Source: Eledone cirrhosa
Taxonomy: Eukaryota
Assembly: GCA_964016885.1 (NCBI GenBank)
Contig: OZ024740.1
Location: forward strand, 109,244,001-109,308,000
Length of the DNA: 64,000 bases
Direction: 5' to 3'
The notes under the pieces are model-generated. The model was given only the letters and a program-made list of their open reading frames with translations. It did not search any database and was not told the DNA's origin. Below, in pieces: positions 55,413-64,000 of the stretch (positions are counted from its first letter, which is position 1; every line of letters starts with the position of its first letter). The position numbers were made by a program, and so were the translations under genes.

Positions 55413-56871
55413 TATATATATATATAATTATATGTAAATTAGTATGCCTATTTCAGAATAATATTAAGAGCAAATCGGTATTTATAGCCATCATATACAT
55501 GTTTTCTTATACTTGATTGGATGAGGGTCCAATAAGCTCCAAAGATCGATTACAGATGTTTATAATATTTTTCAATTTACAGGGAAATTCGTATTTCCTA
55601 CATATTAGATATGTGTATATATCTATACACGTCGGTGTAGTCTTGATTACACGCTCTGTATTTATATAGATACAACGTTATTGAAACCAGTCCATCTGAC
55701 GGGCTTCCAAACAGTTTCCGTCTACTCAGTTTTACTTACAAGGCAAATGACACTTGCCAAAGATATCACGGAGAGGGATCGAACCTAGTACCTAGTAATT
55801 GCAAAGCCAATTTCTTAACCATTCAGCCATGCTGCGTCTACATTTCCTACATACACATCACAAGCAGAGGTGTACCAAGAGAAAATAGCGTCTATGGCAA
55901 ACATTGAAATTGTTCCCCTGCCCATGCAGCAAGCTATATAGTAGTTGTTAGGCAATGAGATTGACAGCGCAGTTTAAATAAATGTGGGTATTAAACTGTA
56001 TTTTCATTTGTTCTACAGGTATCCTTTACGCTTAAGCGTAAGGGATACCTGTAGAACAAATGAAAATGCAAAAATGTTAGTGTATTTAAAGGGAGTGATC
56101 TGTGTAATACTGATTTTTGACAAATATGTTATACCCTATTAAAATATCTGACAAGTCATACTATAAGGTATGCCTCTGTGATCATGTAGTTCCCAGCACT
56201 ATATTTTACCTATGGACCTAATAATTTATATAAACGGTTTAATGATCCAGCTACAATAGTGCTTCTCACCTATGATAATCAAAGACAGATCATACATCGG
56301 AAGAAGTTTCTTTTTTCACTCTCTGACGATAGCTTATCTGGCTTTAATAGAAAGTGCTCCTAGTTCAGGTAGCGCTCCTTTTAAGTGGTGAGCATGGAAC
56401 GTACCATGCTTGAAATGCCCTAGATACGCCTCTGGTCACAAGGAATGAGTCGAACTGAAACTACGGTGAATGACGTTCAAGATCTCATGCAATGGGATCG
56501 ACATAATGACAGTAAGCGAACTCTTTCGCTATTTGGCCACAACATAGGTATGAGCGATAACAACAACAACATTACATATGTGATATCATTTCCTATCATT
56601 TCCTATGGTTTTTTTTTCTCCATTGTCTTCATTGCCATTGTTTTCCACTTCTTATCTTCATTTATTTGGTTTTCCTTTAGCAGACATTTTCGTGCAGATA
56701 AAATGAACAGACGCGAGATATCTTTATTGAGCCGTTTAATAAGAAGACAGCGCTGAAAGTTCCTTCTTGTCTATCTTTTCATATTTATAGTCTTTCAGCT
56801 TCACCAGACTGTTGTATACGCCTTATTAAACAAAATGTTATAAGTTAAGAGACAGCAATGTCTAAGTGTGA

Positions 56872-57170
56872 CTGGTGGTGGTAGTGGTGGTAGTGGTAAC
56901 AACGATAGTGGTAATAGTGGTGGTGGTGGTGGTATTAGTGGTAGTGGCAACAACGATAGTGGTAATAGTGTTGGTGGTGGTAATAGCGGTAGTTGAGGCA
57001 GTGGCGATGGAGATAGTGGTGATAGTGTTTATAGTGGAAGTGGTAATAGTGGTGGTGGTGGTAGTGGTGATAGTAGTGGTGGTGGTGTTTGTAACAGTGA
57101 TGGGGGATCATGCCGGTAGTAGTATTGTTGATGTTAGTGGAGGTGTTGGTGATGGTAGAGGGTTGCGGTA
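56872..57170. repeat. Imperfect (GTG/GTA)n
   Basis: Direct reading. Confidence 0.85.
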
Positions 57171-57939
57171 ACAGTTGTATACTTTTACAAAGAAAATATT
57201 ACGTGAAGCAGCGGTATCTATATAAAACAACTGTGGGGTTGCTTCTAGCTTAACACACAGTCATACACACACAGACACACACATGCACAGACACACACAT
57301 GCACAGAGACACACATGCACAGACACACACACATCTATACATACACATTTATACACACACAGACATATACACACAATAAAGGCGTATATGGAAACATAAA
57401 CAATATATTTATGTATAATAAAGAAGCATATAATCTTGATATATTTTAAACTGTGATATAATAACATCTGCCCCCACCCCAGAAACCGTGTAAGAACGCC
57501 GTATACATGTATTATATGATTATATTCCTTCAGCGAACGCTTGCTTACTACAAAACCGAGGCACAGAAGTCAATGGCTTCTGTATATAAATTTGAACGAC
57601 TTCCATCCGTCCGTCCGTCACACAATGTGTGTGTGTATGTTTGTGTGAATGTATGCGTGTGTGTAAAATGAAGGAAGTGGATGTTAAAAAAAACTATAGC
57701 AAAACAGCAGGCTGGCGTTTTCCATTTGCTACGCTGTGTGTGAGTGTATGTGTATATGTGTCTTTGTGTGAATGTATGTCTATGAGTGTGTATTTTTATA
57801 AGTGCGTCTGTGTTTGCAGGTTTATATTTATATACTCATACATATAAATGTATGCATATGCACATACATACACGCACACATATACACATACGCATAAGCG
57901 TGTTGAAAGAAATCCTAGTTATATATTTTCCTTCTTTAG

Positions 57940-58152
57940 TTTCTTTTGCTTACTATCGATCATTGGACACGAGAGATCTCCATTACGCTCGGTTACAAAT
58001 CATGTTACTGGTCTGCTCCCAGGTCAGGCTTATGTCTGCCAGGTCTTCCTCTACAGACTTCAACCAAGTCTTGGCGAGTCTGTCTTGTTTCCTACGCCTT
58101 ACTTCTGGCTTCGATTCAAGGGAGGCCCCAACTTGTCTCTTCATAGTAGCAT
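57940..58152 (-). mobile_element. RTE LINE 3' fragment
   Basis: Manual translation ..RRRKQDRLAKTWLKSVEEDLADISLTWEQ..NRA*WRSLV. Confidence 0.6.
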
Positions 58153-58196
58153 AGATTTTGTAAAAAAATCAATCAGAACACACACAGAAACACACA

Positions 58197-58319
<123 letters not shown>

Positions 58320-59096
58320 TTCAGTGTCCGATGAGGCTTGCTGTACCATGCTGGCCGGAAGATATAGCAAGCCACATCGGACACAGGAATAGTTCCTTTA
58401 TTTTCCTCGGAAGAACAGCTATTAATTTCGAAATATCAGGACATATGAATAAATGAAGGTAAAAAACAACCCCTGTTTCTTACGATTGATTATTTTCCAT
58501 CCAAACCAGCATTGTTGTGGCTTTCAAACTTCGAATTCTTTATACCATATACAATGCTTCAAGTAAACTACAAATTCCTTCTATATATATATATATATTT
58601 ATAAACACACCCATACAAATGCATATATACACATATGCACCCTATTCTTGCATAAAATTGGAAGATAACATCCCCTTACCTTCTACAACACCCACCTGTC
58701 GCTAAAGTAGAGATATGTTGATGAATTGACGACAGGGTTGACATTAAGCACCTTTTGATTAAAAGTATTGTTCTGGCGTGTCTAAAAGATAAAACCAAAA
58801 AGCCCATCAGGTGGCTCACCTTTTGTAGTCCCAGGGCACATTTAACTTATTATGCCCCACCCCAGTCGATAGGGCACTATCCCCGCTGATAGGGCCCCCC
58901 AGCTGTTATAATTCTTATGTTTTAATAAACTGTATGTAATGATAGTTCCTGTGTATATATTTCAATAAATAAGTGAAAATGTTATAGTAAACCTTCCTCA
59001 GCAATATGGTGCTGAGGAAATAGATATTAATCCCTTCAATAAAAGGAAGTCAAAAGAAAAACATTGCTGTTAAACACTCACTCTCGCACACATATA

Positions 59097-59168
<72 letters not shown>

Positions 59169-59223
59169 GTGAGGTTTTTTTTACAAATTGAAAAATAACC
59201 GAGGTGTCCTACACGAGTGAAAG

Positions 59224-59531
59224 TATAAAGAAAAAGAGATGAAATCGAAAATGCAACTGGAGTCTTATTTTAAAAAAAAATATATATATTTATTTAGTTC
59301 CTTTACCGGTTTCGCAGTTCTTCTGCTTTTCAAAAGTAGAGTTGAGATGGAGGGTCTGTGGTTTTTCTCACAGTGAGAAAAACCACAGATGTGAGAAAAA
59401 CCACAGACCCTCCATCTCAACTCTACTTTTGAAAAGCAGAAGAACTGCGAAACCGGTAAAGGAACCAAATAAATATATATATTTAAAAAAAAAATAAGAC
59501 TCCACTTGCATTTTCGATTTCATCTCTTTTT

Positions 59532-59538
<7 letters not shown>
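59224..59538. mobile_element. Fold-back element with U3-A8 variant hammerheads
   Basis: ~150-bp inverted arms, flanked by (TA)n. Confidence 0.78.
59426..59461 (+). ncRNA. Minimal hammerhead, U3-A8 core variant
   Basis: CTT-TTGAAAA-GCAG AAGAA CTGC-GAAA-CCGG-TA-AAG; mirror copy at ~59301-59336(-). Confidence 0.68.
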
Positions 59539-59600
<62 letters not shown>

Positions 59601-59601
<1 letters not shown>

Positions 59602-60185
59602 GATATATTAACAAATGGAAACTATATTTATAAAACCATATTTATTTCATTATACATATTTCAAGGACACCAAGTTAAATTATGGTGTGCTTTCATCAGA
59701 TCAGATAAAATATAATAAAGATCAGTTTTATAAATAAATATTGACATACCATTAAAGAATGCAACCATTTCTGTTGGAAGCTTCCGGATAGTGGGGTTAT
59801 TAAATTTATTTAGTCTATTATGCAAATTAGTGTCGGATATGTTTAAATCACAGTAGATTTAAAATAAGCCGTTGAAGCCGTCTTCCATACTTCAACGGCT
59901 TATTTTAAATCTACTGTGATTTAAACATATCCGACACTAATTTGCATAATAGACTAAATAAATTTAATAACCCCACTATCCGGGAGCTTCCAACAGAAAT
60001 GGGCGCATTCTTTAAGGGTATGTCAATATTTATTTATAAAACTGTATAATGAAATAAATATGGTTTTATAAATATAGTTTCCATTTGTTAATGTATCGTA
60101 TTTTTACTCCAATAATTTGTTGAGTGCTTTATATCAGTTATAAAAATATTTGCTTGTTGTATCCCAACAATTTAAATAGAACTTC

Positions 60186-60188
<3 letters not shown>
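59601..60188. mobile_element. Large fold-back PLE terminus; HHR on minus at 59643-59712
   Basis: Arms 59601-59877 / 59890-60099; minus CTGATGA-AAGCACACC..GGTGTCCTT-GAAA-TATGTA-TA-ATGAAATA; HHR deleted from the right arm. Confidence 0.75.
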
Positions 60189-60260
<72 letters not shown>

Positions 60261-60305
60261 GAAAGTAAAACAAAGAAGCCTTCAATACATCAAAAGTCTT
60301 TATTA

Positions 60306-60343
60306 GCCGACAATGTTTCGTCCTATTAAGGACTCATCAGGGC
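60306..60343 (-). ncRNA. Canonical minimal hammerhead ribozyme
   Basis: Minus: GCC-CTGATGA-GTCC TTAATA GGAC-GAAA-CATTG-TC-GGC, inside a ~140-bp insert between (TA)n. Confidence 0.88.
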
Positions 60344-60396
60344 AATTAAAACAACAAGAAGTATTATCGGCCAATACAAGCCGGAAACTCCGAAGA

Positions 60397-60428
<32 letters not shown>

Positions 60429-60530
60429 ATACATGAAGAAGTATTAGTTAATATGTGAGAGAAGTTATTTCCGTAGCATTCCACGTATTTATATATATAC
60501 AACTGTCATATATTCCGACACATACACAAC

Positions 60531-60633
<103 letters not shown>

Positions 60634-61602
60634 TATTGCCAACGTTGAAGAAGACTCAGGAAACTTCAGTGACAATTCTATCTATTTTTGAGTTATTATC
60701 CATTGTATGTGACAACCAGTTGACACCCTTTGCCCTTGCAATAACCATTCAAAATAAACAATGAGTGCAAGTCTTAGCACTAAGGAGGGAACCTCTAAGT
60801 GGTCACTTGATTTGCTAGAAACAACAGTCAAATCTCATTTAAAGTGCACCCTACTGTCTGAAACAAACGGACACATTGGGTGACGTGGTTCTAGATTCAC
60901 TGCGTCTGTTGATACAGGCCTGGCTACGTGGTTAGGATGTTCACGTCGTAATCATGATGTCCCAGATTCGACTACACTGCATGTCATCATGGACAAGTGT
61001 CTTTACTATGGCTTCGAGTTGACACAAACCTTGTGAGTGAAATTGGACTGACGGAAACTGTGTGGAATCCCGTCGGATGGACTGTATCTGCGACCAGGAC
61101 CGGTGCCAGACTATCTTTCACCCTTGGCAAGGTTAGATTCTGCCCCCCCCCCCCCCCCCCCCCGGAAAATATCAAATTTATTAACAATAAGTTTTTTTAT
61201 TTTTTATTTTCAACATTTATTTGTCCTTGTATGAAACCAGGAAAAAAAAGCGACCTTCAATAAAACCGAAATTTATTTATTTATTTTTCAAAATTGTTGT
61301 TGATTTGGAGAAACAATGGAGAAATGGTGGCTGCTTAGATTGCCTATATGGTAGCGTCGGCCCAGCCTGCGATGCAAAGATCCATCCTTCTTATATATTG
61401 GGTATGACGTTAGTTCGGAATGGGAATTCTGTTAAGGGTAACACGAATCTGCAGAAAACTCAGTCTCTAACACATTTATTTTGGCGATTAGTTGATCGAA
61501 CAACTGGAGACACCATATTAGGAAATTCAAGAAAACCCTATAGTTCATGGCGGAAACGATTTTCATCATAAACCTGACCGTTGAACGTTGAGTTGGATCT
61601 AA

Positions 61603-61766
61603 ACAACAACACCAACAGTACCACATACACCACCAACATCAACAGCATCCACCACAAACAACAGTAGCACCACATCCACCACCAACATCAACAGCAGCAA
61701 CAACATCCAGCACCAACATCAACGTTTACAACAGCAGCACCACATCCACTAACAGCAGCAGAAACA
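61603..61766. repeat. Imperfect (CAA/CAC/CAG)n
   Basis: Direct reading. Confidence 0.8.
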
Positions 61767-64000
61767 GTGAAAGTTGTTGGTTCAGGACTGGAAACGTAAG
61801 CAATATAATTTTATTGACATACATAAATGAAGCAACAGGAAAGAAATATGAACGTAAGGTGAGGAAGTGAAGACAGTGTGATACCAGATGTGAGTTCTAC
61901 ATCCTAACCAAAGGATGGTCTTGAATAGATACATACATATCGAATTGTTAAAGACTAAATTAATTCACTCGATAACATGATATATTATTTATAGATGATA
62001 TGTTCTATTTGTCTACTGACTAACTACTGTGAGACAACCACTTCAACACAGCGGACATCAAATGAATTACGCGAATTGTTCAAGAACTCAATATCTCAGG
62101 TGGTTCTGAACCTCATTTAGTCCGGACTAAATTTCGCGCGGGAACTTCAAATTCTAGCGACCGCCAGAAGAAATTACTAGGCAGCCCATATAAGGTGTGC
62201 CAGTATAATTATGATTCTTTCTTTACACTGTACTTGCTGGTGATGACACCTAGATTTCATGACATTTTTAGCTTCTTTTGTATGGGTGAAATATTTAAGA
62301 GGACAGCCCAGATAGTTGTGACGTGGCTTCAACTTTAAGTAAAGACATATATCATATCATTTCATTTCAATGAAATTATATGTTTATGATTTGCAAAATG
62401 AACAAATTAATTTCAAAATATAACCAGAAAGAAGAGAAAAAAAGGAAGAAAGAAAACAAGATAAAACGTGTACACTCAATTACACTTCACCAAAGAATGC
62501 CTTAGTTCCCTTCTAAAGTATTGAGGCAAATCAAGACATTCACAAAATTATCGGAGGTGAGAGCGCTGGAATAGCCAATCAAATTTTCGTGTGTCACCTG
62601 ATACTTCAGCAAGGTGAGCCGCCAATAATGATCAAAAGTACTCTAGATATTTAACCCATAGGCTATGGGGAGATTTTATGCCCTAACGGGGAGGCGGGGA
62701 GAAATGAGCCCAAACAGGAAGATCTCCCCGTCGGACGGGAAAAGTTGACACGACGTCTGCATAGCATCAGAAATCTAAGATAAAATAAACTCCTACGAAC
62801 CAGACAGTAATTCTAAAAGCCCTCAAATACCACACCCTCATGACTAAGCGTTACATATGTTTCAGTGTAATTATGAAATTTACCAATTTCAAAGCAGTGG
62901 TGTTACTGCATTATTTGTATCTCGGGTCCCAAATAATAGGCGGGGTGGGATTATACGGGTTTTTTTTTTTCGAAAATCAGTAATTTTTCTAGGTTGTCTT
63001 CGTTGATTAAAAACCAGAATTAGTCGTTTCATTTACGTTGAGACCCCAACCCACCCTATTTATTTTATAACGTATGGGATTTCTAATAATGTACTTTTTG
63101 TGTCATGTATAATGTTTTTTTTAATGTATAAAGAAAATTAATTGTCACAGGAATGCTACTGCTTAAAATCAAATTTCGCCAGAGATAGATTAGCAAAATT
63201 TAGTAAGCGCGGGGGGTGGCACGATTATTCGAGACTCGAGAGTAAGTAGAGTAATTAATAAATTTACATTTGTTTCGTTTTATAACCCTGTCTCGTTGAT
63301 ACAGGTATCAATTACTATTAATAAACATTAATTATACTAATCTATAAGCACATTTATTTCATTCAATTACTTAATTTACATTTATTATTTGCATTGTTAC
63401 GATATTTTTTAATGAAATAATAATATGGAGGCAGTTAGTACATTAATTAACTTTATTTATCTGATGTTTGGAATACAAGGAAGATTTTTACATATAATTA
63501 GGAAGGAAAATTTTGTTGAGATAAATACAAACGCTTTAAAATAAGAAATTTTGTAGAAGCTGACGGTTGCAAATGGTTTCATATTTAGAAACACCTGAGG
63601 CGTATGATTTGTTGCCTCATGTCTGTTGGTGAGTTTATAGGTTATGAGACCACTATTTGTTCAGCAAAACGGCTAATTCGACAAAGCTTTGAAACCAAGG
63701 GTACCGGAAAATTGGTGTTGTACATGCACCGATAATCTTTTGTAAAATGCACCGATAAATTATTGATTGCTCTTATTAAATTTTGCTAATTAGAATGCAA
63801 GCTGCTTCATTTTCAACTGTGAACTTTTTCTCCATATAAGTTACATTTTTTTTTGAATAGGAACATCGATTCTTTCAGGAAAATGTTTAAATTTCCCCAT
63901 CAAAATACTGAAAGGAATTTTTAGAAAAAAGTACAAGTCTACATGTCCAAATGTGTGACGCAAAATATAGTTTGTTAAACTAAATTAACGACAGGAGTGA

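Overview
Repeat-dominated, AT-rich eukaryotic window with no recognisable host protein-coding gene; the SINE/LINE/microsatellite content suggests an octopus (coleoid cephalopod) genome, which is an inference. It holds long (TA)n/(TACA)n/(CA)n tracts and decayed non-LTR retrotransposons (R4/Dong-like with RLE endonuclease, RTE, CR1-like). It also has Penelope-like elements (PLEs; Naiad-type and Neptune-like RT/GIY-YIG fragments), two tRNA-derived SINE families, Tc1/mariner and other MITEs, non-autonomous Helitron-like elements, TE-derived minisatellites and one 200-N gap. The main unexplained signal is a dense, diverse set of type I hammerhead ribozyme (HHR) motifs, about 15 loci folded by eye. 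Most sit in short fold-back or tandem non-coding PLE-derived units embedded in (TA)n. They include U3-A8 compensatory core variants, a recurrent C-pyrimidine mismatch at stem II position 4, very long stem II insertions and a ~316-bp retrozyme-like tandem unit. All folds and coordinates were read manually and need computational confirmation.
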